From NCBI GenBank assembly GCA_965205945.1, contig CBDBIB010000001.1:128001-192000 (forward strand): a DNA stretch of 64,000 nt, read 5' to 3'. The translations under genes and the position numbers were made by a program. The first letter of the stretch is position 1. Each line of letters begins with the position of its first letter. The DNA is from Bdellovibrionales bacterium (GTDB taxonomy: Bacteria; Bdellovibrionota; Bdellovibrionia; Bdellovibrionales; UBA1609). Positions 50,521 through 61,851 of this stretch are shown here, in pieces. Below the pieces are notes generated by a model. It was not told the DNA's origin, searched no databases, and saw only the letters and a list, made by a program, of their open reading frames with translations.

Positions 50521-51009
50521 TTGAAGCAAGATGTAGAAAATAGGGTAAAAAGTTTAGCAACAGAGGTATGTGAACGAGAGGGATTTACTCTTTATGATGT
50601 TGAGTATTTAGAAAGTAAAAAAGTTATTACCATTTATATTGATAAAAAAGGTGGTGTAAATTTAGATGACTGTGAAAAAGTTTCTTTAGGAGTAAATTTT
50701 TTATTAGACGTTCAAGATCCTATTCAGAGTAAATACGATTTAAAGGTTTCTAGTCCAGGGTTAGAAAAAAAGCTTACGCAAAAATGGCATTATAAAAGCC
50801 AAATAGGCAAAGAAATTTCTATTATAATTAAGGCTCGCACAAGAACAGCTAAATTTTTAAAGATAAAGCTTTTAAAAGGTATTTTAAAAGAAGTTGGCAA
50901 GAATTCATTTAAAGTGGAGTCAAATAAAAATCTTGTTGAGTGCCCTTATGAAGATGTTCACAAATGTAATGCTGTTTTCAATTTTAATTTAAAATCGAAA
51001 ATGTTTTAA
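50521..51009 (+). CDS. rimP: Ribosome maturation factor RimP
   Basis: IYIDKKGGVNLDDCEKVS, YDLKVSSPGLEK. Likely TTG start at 50521 downstream of AAGGGA; precedes nusA. Confidence 0.92.
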   Translation: MKQDVENRVKSLATEVCEREGFTLYDVEYLESKKVITIYIDKKGGVNLDDCEKVSLGVNFLLDVQDPIQSKYDLKVSSPGLEKKLTQKWHYKSQIGKEISIIIKARTRTAKFLKIKLLKGILKEVGKNSFKVESNKNLVECPYEDVHKCNAVFNFNLKSKMF

Positions 51010-51027
51010 AAAAGGAAGGATTAAGTT

Positions 51028-52485
51028 ATGGCTGCAGATAATGTTTTTTCAGATATAAGTAGAATCATAGATGCTTTAGGTAAGGATAAAGGTATTGATA
51101 AAAATGTGGTAATTAATGCTGTACAACAAGGCCTTCTTGCTGCAGCTAGAAAAAAATATGGTACTTATCGTGAAATTGAAGCTCAATATAATGAAAGTTC
51201 TGGTGAAGTAGAGCTGTATCAGTTTAAAGAAGTGGTAAAAGATGAAAGCTTTATCGATGATGAAGTTGAAATTAAAAAAACAGAAGCCTTACAGCTTGAC
51301 CCAGAGGTTCAACTTGGTGATGCCATCGGTATTAAGCTTGATATACGTGATCTAGGAAGAATCTCAGCGCAACTTGCAAGACAGATTATTACACAAAATG
51401 TACGAGATGCTGAAAGGGATATTATCTTTACAGAATTTGAACAAAGGCAAGGTGAAATAGCTTCAGGCATTGCAAGAAGAGTTGAAAGAGGGTCTATAGT
51501 TGTAGATTTAGGGAAAACAGAAGCATACATTCCATATAAAGAACAAATTCCAGGAGAAGTTTATAAGCCAGGAGATAGAATTCAAGGTTATATTTCTGAA
51601 GTAAGACAGACTACACGAGGCCCACAAATAGTTATGTCTAGAGCAAATTCTAAATATCTTATGAAGCTTTTTGAAAATGAAGTTCCAGAGATTGAAGACG
51701 GAATAATTGAATTAGTAACTGCAGCCCGTGAGCCAGGACAAAGAGCAAAAATGGCCGTTCGTGCTACAGACCCAACAGTAGATCCCGTAGGAGCTTGTGT
51801 TGGAGTAAAAGGAAGCAGAGTTCAAAATGTGGTTCAAGAACTTTCAGGTGAAAAAATTGATATTATTCCTTATGAAGAAGATGTTGCACTATTTGTTTGC
51901 AAGGCTTTACAACCAGCTGAAATTTCTAAAGTTTTTATGGATGAAGAAAACAATGAAATGGAGGTTGTAGTCCCTGATGATCAATTAAGTTTAGCAATTG
52001 GACGCAGAGGCCAAAATGTAAGACTTGCTTCAAAACTTACAAATTGGAAGTTAGACATTATATCTGAATCAGATGCTGGAGTTAGAACAACAGAGGCTAT
52101 TTTTAATCTTATGAAAATTAAAGGAATGTCTGAAACAATGGCACATTCTTTATTCCAATCAGGTTTTGGTTCATTAGAACTTCTTTCTCAATCGGCTCCT
52201 GAACATGTGATGCAAGTTCCAGGCTATGAAGAAAAAGAGCATGCAACAGAGCTTATTCGTAAAGCTAATACTGCCTATGAGCAATATAAAATTGATGAAA
52301 AAAATAAGCCCAAAGAAGTTGTAAGTAAACCTGATACGGCGGCTAAAGTACCTAATATAACTGGAAAAAATGCAAAATCATTAGCCGATGAAAGGTTAAA
52401 AGAACAACTTGCAGACTTAGATGTAAACGTAGAGGATAGTTTTATTAAAGTACAAACTGATGGGAAGAAAATTCCAGCAGATTAA
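51028..52485 (+). CDS. nusA: Transcription termination/antitermination factor NusA
   Basis: S1 and KH domains: AREPG.RAK, DPVGACVGVKGSRV, SLAIGRRGQNVRLA. Confidence 0.97.
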   Translation: MAADNVFSDISRIIDALGKDKGIDKNVVINAVQQGLLAAARKKYGTYREIEAQYNESSGEVELYQFKEVVKDESFIDDEVEIKKTEALQLDPEVQLGDAIGIKLDIRDLGRISAQLARQIITQNVRDAERDIIFTEFEQRQGEIASGIARRVERGSIVVDLGKTEAYIPYKEQIPGEVYKPGDRIQGYISEVRQTTRGPQIVMSRANSKYLMKLFENEVPEIEDGIIELVTAAREPGQRAKMAVRATDPTVDPVGACVGVKGSRVQNVVQELSGEKIDIIPYEEDVALFVCKALQPAEISKVFMDEENNEMEVVVPDDQLSLAIGRRGQNVRLASKLTNWKLDIISESDAGVRTTEAIFNLMKIKGMSETMAHSLFQSGFGSLELLSQSAPEHVMQVPGYEEKEHATELIRKANTAYEQYKIDEKNKPKEVVSKPDTAAKVPNITGKNAKSLADERLKEQLADLDVNVEDSFIKVQTDGKKIPAD

Positions 52486-52552
52486 TTATAAAGGGTTTTA
52501 ATAAAATTTTAAAAATAGTTTTTATATAAATAATAAGGAATGTTGATTAAGA

Positions 52553-55282
52553 ATGAAAGTATATCAGTTTGCCACAGAATTAGGGCTAGAAACAATTGCC
52601 TTAATGGATAAAATTAAAGAATGGGATTTTCCTGTAAAGAGCCATATGGCTGCACTTGATGAAAATACAATGAACTTGATTAAAGATAAGCTTAATCAAG
52701 CAAGCAGTGTTACTAAGAAAAAAACTAAAAAGAAAAAAGCTAAAAAGAAAACTGCTGCAAAAAAAGTAGTGGCTAAAAAAGCATCTAAAAAAACTGTAAA
52801 AAAAACAGCCTCAAGTACAGTTACAAAGGTGTCCTCTGGTAAAACTGGTATTGATCCAGGGCAAAAAGGTGCTGTTATTGCAAGCGCTACTTTTGAAGAA
52901 ACTGGAGCTGTAGTCGGCAAAAGAGTTATTCGTAGAAAAGCTAGTGAAGTAAAGCAAGCTCAAGAAGCTGAAATAGAAAAGTTAAAAGAACAAGAACTTG
53001 AAGCTCAAGCTGCTCAATCAGTATCTTTTAGATCAGAAACAAACTCTAAAGCAGAAACAGCCATAGCAAATAAGAAAAAAGAAATAAACGTTGCAGGGAC
53101 AGCTACAAAGACTCCAGCAGTTAAAAAAGCTAGAATTTTTGGTAAAAATATTATTGGTAAAGTTGACTTAGGTAAGGTTAAGGGTCCAAGACAAACTACA
53201 GAGACTTCTCAAGAAGCAAGAACTTTAGGCCCTAAATCTGCACAAAGAGGCTTAAGATCTGGATTCGTAGCTCCAACACCATCCTTTCCCGTAACAGACC
53301 CAACTGCAACAATTAACAGAAGAAGGGAATACAATCCTGCAGCTTCAACAGTGGCTGCGGCAAAGAAAAAAGCAGGTGCTACATCAGGTAAAGAACAACC
53401 TACAACAAATTTTAAAGCAACTGATTTTAGAAAGCGTGAAATGGTCTTTCAACCTAAGAAAAAGAAAGTTTCTTTTTTACCCGGTAAGAAAACAGAGATT
53501 ACAACTGCCGCAGTGCATAAAAGAGTTGTTAAAGTTAATGGAAGCATGAGTCTTTCTGAACTTGCTCAAAATATGGGAATGAAAGCTTCACAGCTGCTTA
53601 AAGTTTGTGTGGATCAAGGACTGTCTGTAAATATAAATTCCACCCTAGACTTTGATACAATATCTTTAATAGTTCTTGAGTTAAATTGGGAGGCCAGAAA
53701 TATTAAGCAAACGTCTAAAGATATTGTAGAATCAGTTGCCTTTGGAAATCTTAAGACAAAACCTATAAGTAGAGCTCCTATTGTAACAGTTATGGGCCAT
53801 GTAGATCATGGTAAAACAACTTTATTAGATTCCATCCGTAAAACCAATGTTGTAAGTGGAGAGGCTGGTAGCATTACTCAGCATATTGGTGCGTATAGAG
53901 TTTTTATTGAAAAAAATAAGCCCATCACATTTATTGATACTCCAGGCCATGCAGCTTTTACGGCAATGCGAGAGCGTGGAGCACAAGTCACAGATATTAT
54001 AATTTTAGTTGTTGCTGCAGATGATGGTATGATGCCACAGACTGAAGAAGCTATTAGTCATGCAAAAGCTGCAGGCGTTCCAATAATTGTTGCAGTTAAT
54101 AAAATTGATAAAGAAGAAGTTAAACCTGATAAAATTAAACAGCAACTTTCAGATAAAGGACTCGTTCCTGAAGAATGGGGTGGAGATACTGTATTTGTTG
54201 AGATTTCAGCACTTAAGAATTTAGGAATTAAAAACCTTTTAGAAACTATTTGGTTACATTCAGAGCTCTTAGAGCTTAAAGCAAATCCTGAGCAATCAGC
54301 TAAAGGAATTGTTATTGAGAGTAAGATTGAAAAAGGTAAGGGAATTGTTGTAACTCTACTAGTAGAAGAAGGAACTATTCAAACAGGCCAATCAATTTGC
54401 GCAGGTTTTGTTACAGGTAAAGTTCGTCGACTTATGAATGACCAAGGTCAGCTCGTTAAAGAAGCCGGCCCATCTGTTCCTATTAAAGTTATGGGGTTTT
54501 CAGCAGTGCCTAACGCTGGGGATCGGTTTGATGTCTGTGAAAATGATCAACAGGCTACAGCATTAACAGGGCAAAGAAAAAATGAACAAGCCCAACTTGA
54601 AATTAAAGAATCTAGTAAGAAAATTTCTTTAGAAGATCTTCTTAAAAAAGTTAAAGATAATAAAGAGGTAGACCTTTCTATTGTTCTTAAAGCTGACGTT
54701 GCTGGTTCTGCTGAAGCAATTAAAGGGGTACTTAATAAAATTAAAAATGATGAAGTTAAGGTTAAATTTATTCACAGCCAAGTCGGAACTGTAAATGAGT
54801 CAGATGTTTTACTTGCAAGTACTTCAGGTGGGATAATTATAGGTTTTAATGTTCGCCCTGATACACAGGTTACAAAATTAGCTAAAGAAAAAAACGTTCA
54901 AATTAAGTGTTATCGAATTATTTATGAACTTGTAGACGATGTAAAAAAAATTATGTCAGGCCTTTTGACTCCGGATATTATTGAAAAAGAAAGTGGTAAA
55001 GCTGAAGTTCGTGAAATATTCACAGTTCCAAAAATTGGCACAATTGGTGGATCATTTGTTTTAGAAGGTAAAATCAATAAAAACCACATGATTAGACTTA
55101 TTCGTGAAGGAAGAATTATTTACGAAGGAAAAATCTCCTCTCTTCGACGTTTTAAAGATGATGTTAAAGAAGTAACATCAGAATTTGAATGTGGTATAAG
55201 TATTGAGAACTACAATGACCTTAAGGTTGGGGATATCATTGAGGCGTATATCAAAAAAGAAATTGCAAGAAAGATTGTTTAA
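52553..55282 (+). CDS. infB: Translation initiation factor IF-2
   Basis: [34 protein letters not shown]. Confidence 0.98.
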   Translation: MKVYQFATELGLETIALMDKIKEWDFPVKSHMAALDENTMNLIKDKLNQASSVTKKKTKKKKAKKKTAAKKVVAKKASKKTVKKTASSTVTKVSSGKTGIDPGQKGAVIASATFEETGAVVGKRVIRRKASEVKQAQEAEIEKLKEQELEAQAAQSVSFRSETNSKAETAIANKKKEINVAGTATKTPAVKKARIFGKNIIGKVDLGKVKGPRQTTETSQEARTLGPKSAQRGLRSGFVAPTPSFPVTDPTATINRRREYNPAASTVAAAKKKAGATSGKEQPTTNFKATDFRKREMVFQPKKKKVSFLPGKKTEITTAAVHKRVVKVNGSMSLSELAQNMGMKASQLLKVCVDQGLSVNINSTLDFDTISLIVLELNWEARNIKQTSKDIVESVAFGNLKTKPISRAPIVTVMGHVDHGKTTLLDSIRKTNVVSGEAGSITQHIGAYRVFIEKNKPITFIDTPGHAAFTAMRERGAQVTDIIILVVAADDGMMPQTEEAISHAKAAGVPIIVAVNKIDKEEVKPDKIKQQLSDKGLVPEEWGGDTVFVEISALKNLGIKNLLETIWLHSELLELKANPEQSAKGIVIESKIEKGKGIVVTLLVEEGTIQTGQSICAGFVTGKVRRLMNDQGQLVKEAGPSVPIKVMGFSAVPNAGDRFDVCENDQQATALTGQRKNEQAQLEIKESSKKISLEDLLKKVKDNKEVDLSIVLKADVAGSAEAIKGVLNKIKNDEVKVKFIHSQVGTVNESDVLLASTSGGIIIGFNVRPDTQVTKLAKEKNVQIKCYRIIYELVDDVKKIMSGLLTPDIIEKESGKAEVREIFTVPKIGTIGGSFVLEGKINKNHMIRLIREGRIIYEGKISSLRRFKDDVKEVTSEFECGISIENYNDLKVGDIIEAYIKKEIARKIV

Positions 55283-55283
55283 A

Positions 55284-55685
55284 GTGATTGATGGCAATTT
55301 AACTACTAAATCAAGAAGGATCTTACGAGTAGAAAAAGTTCTTCGTCAAATTATTGGACAGTATTTAATGTCTATAAATTCATTGTTTAATGGAGTAATG
55401 GTCACTGTCATTAAAACCACTTGCACCTCAGATTTAAAATCTGCCAATGTATATATTAGCATCTACAATACTAATGATAACTTTAACATAGAGGATATTT
55501 TTAATGTGTTAGAAGAGCGAAGAGCATTAATTCAGCATAAAATTGGAAAAGAACTTCCCATTAAATTTTGCCCAAGATTAAAGTTTATTTTAGACAACTC
55601 CATTGATAAACTAACCCATCTTTCAAAACTTTTAAATACATCAAGGGTTAAGTCTATGAACAACACCTCTATTAAAAGCAAATAA
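55284..55685 (+). CDS. rbfA: Ribosome-binding factor A
   Basis: RRILRV...DLKSANVY...PRLKFILDNS. Likely GTG start at 55284, just after the infB stop. Confidence 0.88.
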   Translation: MIDGNLTTKSRRILRVEKVLRQIIGQYLMSINSLFNGVMVTVIKTTCTSDLKSANVYISIYNTNDNFNIEDIFNVLEERRALIQHKIGKELPIKFCPRLKFILDNSIDKLTHLSKLLNTSRVKSMNNTSIKSK

Positions 55686-55688
55686 AAA

Positions 55689-56666
55689 TTGAAAAAACAT
55701 CCTCCTCCATTTTCAGGACTGCTGTTGGTGAATAAACCTAAGGGACCTACTAGCCACGATTTAGTTATAAAACTTCGTTGGTATCTAGGCACAAAAGCTG
55801 TTGGTCATGCAGGAACCTTAGATCCCATGGCCGAAGGATTGATGATTTTACTTATTGGGGATGCTACAAAACTTTCTCAATGGATAATAGAAACTTCAAA
55901 AGCGTATTCAGGAACAATAACTCTCGGTGCAGAAACAACAACTGATGATGCTGAAGGTAAGAAAACCTATTTATTTTCGAAAGTTAAAGTTTTTGAAAAA
56001 GAAGTTTTAGATGTTTTTGATTCTTTAAAAGGCAAGCAAGAACTCACAGTCCCTAAGTACTCTGCCATAAAACAAGAAGGTCGAAAACTTTACGAGTTTG
56101 CAAGATCTGGAAAAAATATTGTTTGTCCTAAAAGAGTAATGAATTTTTATGACTTAAAACTTTTAAAAATTTCAGGTTCTAATATTTCTTTCTCCTTAAA
56201 CTGCTCAAAAGGAACTTACATTAGATCTTGGGCAGTTGAAGTTGGAAGGCGACTTGGAACAGGAGCTTTTTTAAGTTCGCTAAAAAGAACTCGAATTGGT
56301 GATTTTTATTTAAAGAAAGCACAAGATATTAAGTTTTTTAAAAATCTTAAAAACCTTTCAACCAATGATATTTTTGCCAAAGTTAAAGCCTCAGGTTGTT
56401 TTATTTCACTTTCTGAATCACTTCCAAAAGCTAAGATTATAAAATTAAATTCTAAAGAAGAAATACTTTTCTCTAATGGTCAAATTCCTAATAGTGTGAG
56501 AACTAGAATATCCTCGCTTTTAAAAGATGCCCTTAGAAACAAAAAAACATATCTTATTAGAATGTTTGGATCAGGAGGACGTTTAGCTGGTATTGTAGAC
56601 ATTGACTATGAAGGTCATCTTAAAATTCAAAGAGTTTTTAACGATCCTATAAAGCAAACCTTTTAG
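55689..56666 (+). CDS. truB: tRNA pseudouridine(55) synthase
   Basis: NKPKGPTSHD, GHAGTLDP, YSAIK..G..LY, CSKGTYIRS. Confidence 0.96.
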   Translation: MKKHPPPFSGLLLVNKPKGPTSHDLVIKLRWYLGTKAVGHAGTLDPMAEGLMILLIGDATKLSQWIIETSKAYSGTITLGAETTTDDAEGKKTYLFSKVKVFEKEVLDVFDSLKGKQELTVPKYSAIKQEGRKLYEFARSGKNIVCPKRVMNFYDLKLLKISGSNISFSLNCSKGTYIRSWAVEVGRRLGTGAFLSSLKRTRIGDFYLKKAQDIKFFKNLKNLSTNDIFAKVKASGCFISLSESLPKAKIIKLNSKEEILFSNGQIPNSVRTRISSLLKDALRNKKTYLIRMFGSGGRLAGIVDIDYEGHLKIQRVFNDPIKQTF

Positions 56667-56669
56667 TTT

Positions 56670-56942
56670 TTATACATCATACTCTTGGGGTCTTTCACTA
56701 GGAAAAAACTTAAGGCGGTAGATGTTTATGTCATACTCTTCGCCAAGCTGCCTGGTAAGTTCTTTAAGTATCATAGAATTCATTTTTTCAGGGAGTACTA
56801 CAATATTAGCCTCTTTAAGAAAAGGAAGAATCTCTTTCTTAGCAGCAAATATGAATTCATCAGGGCTTTGCTCAACCCAACCACGTTCAAAAATTGCTTC
56901 TATAACACCATTTGCTATAATACTTTGTAATACTTTTTCCAT
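56670..56942 (-). CDS. Small hypothetical protein
   Basis: ATG after AAGG; protein-like composition; convergent with truB. Confidence 0.55.
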   Translation of the reverse strand: MEKVLQSIIANGVIEAIFERGWVEQSPDEFIFAAKKEILPFLKEANIVVLPEKMNSMILKELTRQLGEEYDINIYRLKFFPSERPQEYDV

Positions 56943-57238
56943 TAACCTTTACTCGGAATAATATGAAGTAAGTATGAGTCCAGTTTAAATTCAATGTTGA
57001 GTTCTGCTCATTAGAGCAGTAAAATATATAAAATAAACCCTATTAAAATTCTTAAATATAATAAAGCTAGACTATTCTACCTATGAAAGCACCGCCTTTA
57101 GTTATTTTAACAACAAAGCTGTCTGTAAACTATTATATCTAGTAATATTTTTAATACCTATCTTTATACAGATTTTATGATATTAAACTTTAACATAAAG
57201 TGATGGCTAGCTCTGGATTATCCATATATCCTTGTCTA

Positions 57239-58285
57239 TTAAAAAATACTCTCTGACTGCTTAATAGCGTGAAGCTGCCCACAAGCTGCATAAATATCCT
57301 CACCTCTGGTTTGACGTTTATAAGCTCTAATACCTCTTTCTAATAAGTATTTCTGAAATTTGTCTACCTGTTTAAGGTCTGGTTTTTTAAAACCTGAACC
57401 AGGATGTTCATTAAAAGGAATAAGATTCACCATAGCCTTTCTACCTTTTAATAAAGTTGCAAGCTGTCTTGCTTGAATCATATCGTCTGTAACACCTTTT
57501 AACAAAACATACTCAAATGTCACCTCTTCCCCTGTCACTTTAGAATGTTCATCTGTAGCTTTAAACAATTCTTTTATAGAATGTTTTTTATTAATAGGCA
57601 TAATTAAAGATCTTACCTTATCATTACTAGCATTTAAACTCACTGCTAAATGAGCACCTGATTTAGAAATTAATGGAATATGATTTACCAAGCCTGATGT
57701 TGAAACTGTTACTCTTTTCCTAGAAAAATTAACCCCTTTATTGTCTCTTAAAATCTTAATAGTTTTAAAAACACCCTCTAAATTATCTAAAGGCTCACCC
57801 ATTCCCATAAAAACAACATTGGTTAAGCCCTCTCCACCATTTTTTAAAAGTCTATCATTTACCTCTAAAAACTGCCCCATAATTTGACTAGGGCTTAATC
57901 TTTTCTTAAGTTTGTACTTGCCTGTAAAACAAAATTTACATCCAAAATTACACCCAACTTGTGACGACACACACAAAGTTTTCCTCTCCCCTGAAGGAAT
58001 CATAACTGTTTCAATAGTTAAGTTCTCACCCACATCAAATAAATATTTCTGTGTGCCATCTTTACTCTGCCTAAACTCAATCACTTTAGGTCTTTGAAAA
58101 TAAAGCCTTTCATCAATGAACTCCTTAAAATCTTTTGAAAGATCAGTCATGGCCTTAATAGACTCTTCTCTTTTATGATATATCCAAGAAAAAAGCTGAT
58201 CTGCCCTAAAAGACTTTTCACCACAAGCATGAAAATATTTTCTAAGAGAGGCTTTTGTTTCATCAAAAAAATTAACTTTATCCAT
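57239..58285 (-). CDS. rlmN: Dual-specificity RNA methyltransferase RlmN
   Basis: SSQVGCNFGCKFC, MGMGEPL, NLIPFN, AACGQL. Confidence 0.96.
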   Translation of the reverse strand: MDKVNFFDETKASLRKYFHACGEKSFRADQLFSWIYHKREESIKAMTDLSKDFKEFIDERLYFQRPKVIEFRQSKDGTQKYLFDVGENLTIETVMIPSGERKTLCVSSQVGCNFGCKFCFTGKYKLKKRLSPSQIMGQFLEVNDRLLKNGGEGLTNVVFMGMGEPLDNLEGVFKTIKILRDNKGVNFSRKRVTVSTSGLVNHIPLISKSGAHLAVSLNASNDKVRSLIMPINKKHSIKELFKATDEHSKVTGEEVTFEYVLLKGVTDDMIQARQLATLLKGRKAMVNLIPFNEHPGSGFKKPDLKQVDKFQKYLLERGIRAYKRQTRGEDIYAACGQLHAIKQSESIF

Positions 58286-58299
58286 AGTTTTACAAAATA

Positions 58300-59379
58300 T
58301 CAGATATTTTCTTGGAATTTAAGATTAATTTCTGATTGAGAAAATCTTTCCATATATGATTTAATATCTTTGAGTGTACAAGACACAGCCCCTACTTTAC
58401 CAACCACATAACCTGCAGCAAAATTAGCAAAAAAAGCGGCTTCAACCACTGTAAGACCCCCTAAAAGACCGTAGGATAATGCTGCAAGAACAGTATCTCC
58501 CGCCCCAGTCACATCAAAAACCTTTCTAGCAAAAGTGGGCACCTTTAAAACACGATCTTTATTACAAATACTCATCCCTAAAGGACCTAAAGTTCCAATA
58601 AGATTTTTAAACTCCCCCTCTTCTAATATCCACTTTAAAAGCCCCACATAATCTTTAGTCCTAGCCATATCTGAGTATGAAATCGTTTCAGTATAGTTTG
58701 GCTTAAAAAAATCTGCTCCTTTAAATTTTAAAAGAGATGCTTTTTTATAGGGATCTACAAAAACTATTGAGCCTTTTTCATGGGCTGTTTTAATTAGTTT
58801 TTTGCAAAACTCATCAAATAAAACACCTTTTCCATAATCTTGTAAAATCACATGACTGTATTCAGAAAAATCTAATAATTCTAATAAATTTAAAAGACTT
58901 TTTTTATCCTCTTTACTTAATACCCCACTTTCTTCAGAGTCTAACCTTAAAAGATGATGTTGACCGCTAATAACTCTTGTTTTCTTAGTAGTTGGTCTTA
59001 AGGCAGAGTTTACAAGCCTTGAATTTAAGCCCTGCACTTTAGATAACATTTCCTCTATATTCTCACCAGCTTGATCAAGCCCTTTTAAACCTAAAAGATC
59101 ACAACAAGCACCTAAAGAAGATAGATTCTTAGCTACATTGGCTGCAAGCCCCAGTTTTTTTTTACTTTCTTTTAAATTTACAATAGGAACTGGTGCTTCT
59201 GGACTAATACGCTTAACATCCCCAAATAAATATTTGTCTAAACCAATATCACCAACCACTAGGACTCTAGAACTGGTTGATTTATTTGCTATTTTTTCAG
59301 TCACAAAAGCCTCAACCACAGACATTGTCTTAGAGAAGGATTTAAAATTCATCAATTCAATTGCTTTTGTTTTGCCCAC
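58300..59379 (-). CDS. Heptose-7-phosphate kinase (HldE kinase domain only, RfaE1/HldA)
   Basis: RISPEAPVP, AANVA, DYGKGV, DVTGAGDTV; no adenylyltransferase domain. Confidence 0.88.
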   Translation of the reverse strand: MGKTKAIELMNFKSFSKTMSVVEAFVTEKIANKSTSSRVLVVGDIGLDKYLFGDVKRISPEAPVPIVNLKESKKKLGLAANVAKNLSSLGACCDLLGLKGLDQAGENIEEMLSKVQGLNSRLVNSALRPTTKKTRVISGQHHLLRLDSEESGVLSKEDKKSLLNLLELLDFSEYSHVILQDYGKGVLFDEFCKKLIKTAHEKGSIVFVDPYKKASLLKFKGADFFKPNYTETISYSDMARTKDYVGLLKWILEEGEFKNLIGTLGPLGMSICNKDRVLKVPTFARKVFDVTGAGDTVLAALSYGLLGGLTVVEAAFFANFAAGYVVGKVGAVSCTLKDIKSYMERFSQSEINLKFQENI

Positions 59380-59517
59380 AACCTTGGGTTAACATAAAAT
59401 CTAATTATAAAAAATAACACACATTGACTAAATATGCTTCTAAATGGTTTCTGAGAGTGTTTTAATTATTAAGCTTTAAAAAAAAACACAAAGGCGAAAA
59501 CATACGAGGAAATCATA

Positions 59518-60786
59518 ATGGAGCAAGCAGCAAACCCTTTAAAATCAAGTCACTTTTTTAGAAATACAATATCTTTAATTCAAAGAGTTGGGGAAAATAT
59601 AAATATAAACTCTTCAGCTTTAGAAACATTAAAACACCCAAGACGTATGATCACTGTAAGCATCCCTGTTAAAATGGATGATGGCCGCCTTCTAGTTTTT
59701 GAAGGGCACCGTGTACAACATAATCAAGCTCTAGGCCCATTTAAAGGTGGTCTTAGATATCACCCGTCAGTACATGTTGGCGAGGTTGCAGCTCTTGCAA
59801 CTTTAATGACTCTAAAAAATTCTCTTCTAGATCTTCCCTTAGGTGGAGCAAAGGGGGGAATTTGCGTCGACCCTAACTCTTTATCACTTGCTGAGAACGA
59901 GCGTTTAACTAGAAGATTTACACGTGAAATTGGGCCTTTTATTGGACCTGACAAAGATATTCCCGCTCCAGACGTTGGAACCAATCATCAAACTATGGCT
60001 TGGATGATGGATACATACTCTCTTGACACTGGCTACTCTCAAACAGGTGTTGTAACAGGAAAACCCGTTGCTGTAGGTGGGTCAAAAGGAAGAAACTCAG
60101 CTACAGGTCTTGGTGTTATTTATATTACAGAAAAAGCATTAAATTCTGTTAATCGTAAAATAAGAGATGCTACTATTGCAATACAAGGTTTTGGTAAAGT
60201 TGGAATGTATGCTGCAATTGAAGGCTATAATCTTGGAGCACGTATTGTTGCTGTAAGTGATATGTCTGGTGGTATATTTAACGGTGATGGAATTAATATC
60301 CCTGAACTTGTAAAGTACACTAAAACAGCTAACTCTATTAAAGGTTTTACAGGAGCTACACCTATAACTAATGATGAGCTCTTAGCACTTAAAGTAGATA
60401 TTTTAGCTCCCTGTGCATTAGAGGGCGTCATTAATAAAAATAATGTAAACGATATTAAAACAAAGATAATTGTTGAAGGCGCAAATGGCCCTGTAACAAA
60501 CAATGCCAACGATACTTTAAATAGTAAAAATATCATGGTTGTTCCTGATATCCTTGCAAATGGGGGTGGTGTTGTTGTTTCTTACTTTGAGTGGGTTCAA
60601 GATATAGTATGGCTTTTTTGGGAAGAAGATGAAGTTCGGATAAAACTTAAGAAAATTATGGAATTATGCTTTGACACTGTTTTTAAATATTCACAAGATA
60701 ATAAATGCGATTTAAGAACTGCAGCTTTAGCCGTTTCCCTTTTAAGATTAGAGCAAGCTATGCGCCTTAGAGGACAAACTTGGTAG
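59518..60786 (+). CDS. gdhA: Glu/Leu/Phe/Val dehydrogenase (glutamate dehydrogenase)
   Basis: GPFKGGLRYH, GGAKGG, DIPAPDVGT, QGFGKVG, EGANGP. Confidence 0.93.
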   Translation: MEQAANPLKSSHFFRNTISLIQRVGENININSSALETLKHPRRMITVSIPVKMDDGRLLVFEGHRVQHNQALGPFKGGLRYHPSVHVGEVAALATLMTLKNSLLDLPLGGAKGGICVDPNSLSLAENERLTRRFTREIGPFIGPDKDIPAPDVGTNHQTMAWMMDTYSLDTGYSQTGVVTGKPVAVGGSKGRNSATGLGVIYITEKALNSVNRKIRDATIAIQGFGKVGMYAAIEGYNLGARIVAVSDMSGGIFNGDGINIPELVKYTKTANSIKGFTGATPITNDELLALKVDILAPCALEGVINKNNVNDIKTKIIVEGANGPVTNNANDTLNSKNIMVVPDILANGGGVVVSYFEWVQDIVWLFWEEDEVRIKLKKIMELCFDTVFKYSQDNKCDLRTAALAVSLLRLEQAMRLRGQTW

Positions 60787-61775
60787 TAAATCTAATAACA
60801 AAACCCTGGCTTTACTTACCACCAAGCATATCTCATAAAATTGGCCCTTTAATCTTAAGAGCTTTATCTAAATTAAAATCTTTTCCAAAAACAAAAACTA
60901 AAAAACTTAAAAAACTAGGGCTACATTTTAACAGCCCCTTTGGTACAGCCGGTGGATTAGATAAAGAAGCTAAAGATCTTTTCACGTGGACAAAGTGGGG
61001 CGCTGGCTTTTTAGAACTTGGAACCTTTACGCCAAAACCTCAAGGACCCAATCCTGGGAAAATAATTGACCGTGATATTAAAAATAAAGCTCTCTGGAAC
61101 TGTATGGGTTTTCCAAATGCTGGCTTTAAAGCTGTTCTTCCAAAAATTAAAAACTACAAAGAAAAAATGGGAAACAACACTCCTATTTTCATAAATATTG
61201 GGAAAAATAGAACTACCCCTTTTAAAAAAGCTCAAGATGATTATATAGATGGCATTAATTTTTTTAGTGAGGTTGCAGACTGCTTTGTGATCAATATTTC
61301 AAGCCCCAACACTACAGATCTTTGCTTACTTCATCAAAAAGAAAACTTTAAAGCCTTTATCTATCCCATTATTAAAACCTCAAAAGTACAGCAAAAAAAC
61401 ATCCCACTTCTTTTAAAACTCTCTCCAGATTTAAATGACGATGATTTTACAATTTTTTTAAATGACTGCAAAGAGCTAGATCTTGGCGGCTTCATCCTTA
61501 CAAATACTACCGTTGATCGCCCTAAAGGAATCAACTTTCCAGAAAAAGGTGGCTTATCTGGAGCACCTCTTTATTCTAAATCTTTACAAAAACTTAAACT
61601 AGCTCGGCATATTCTTGGCAACAACTCTCCTCAAATTCTAATTTCTGTTGGAGGCATTTGTTCTCCTAAAGAGGCCGTCAACAGACTTAAATCCGGGGCC
61701 GACTTAGTTCAATTTTACTCAGGCCTTATATTCTATGGCCCTTCTCTTTTTAAAGATTCTATTAAAATGCTTTAA
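60780..61775 (+). CDS. pyrD: Quinone-dependent dihydroorotate dehydrogenase
   Basis: AGGLDK, TPKPQGPN, NIGKN, NISSPNT, KLSPD, TNTT, GGLSG. Confidence 0.93.
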   Translation: MVVNLITKPWLYLPPSISHKIGPLILRALSKLKSFPKTKTKKLKKLGLHFNSPFGTAGGLDKEAKDLFTWTKWGAGFLELGTFTPKPQGPNPGKIIDRDIKNKALWNCMGFPNAGFKAVLPKIKNYKEKMGNNTPIFINIGKNRTTPFKKAQDDYIDGINFFSEVADCFVINISSPNTTDLCLLHQKENFKAFIYPIIKTSKVQQKNIPLLLKLSPDLNDDDFTIFLNDCKELDLGGFILTNTTVDRPKGINFPEKGGLSGAPLYSKSLQKLKLARHILGNNSPQILISVGGICSPKEAVNRLKSGADLVQFYSGLIFYGPSLFKDSIKML

Positions 61776-61851
61776 ACACCCTTTCTAATACTAGACTCAA
61801 ATTACTAAAATACCTGACAAGATCCCTAGTTTAGAGTATTTTTTTAGTATT

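Noticed and set aside
57004..57019. Hairpin CTGCTC-ATTA-GAGCAG as a terminator or riboswitch
   Set aside because: Only a 6-bp stem with no downstream U-tract on either strand and no recognisable aptamer.
247..61235. Short antisense ORFs nested in known genes (e.g. 1997..2224, 6026..6307, 13391..13714, 18981..19268, 55532..55792, 60225..60536)
   Set aside because: They lie opposite well-supported genes and have no independent coding signal.
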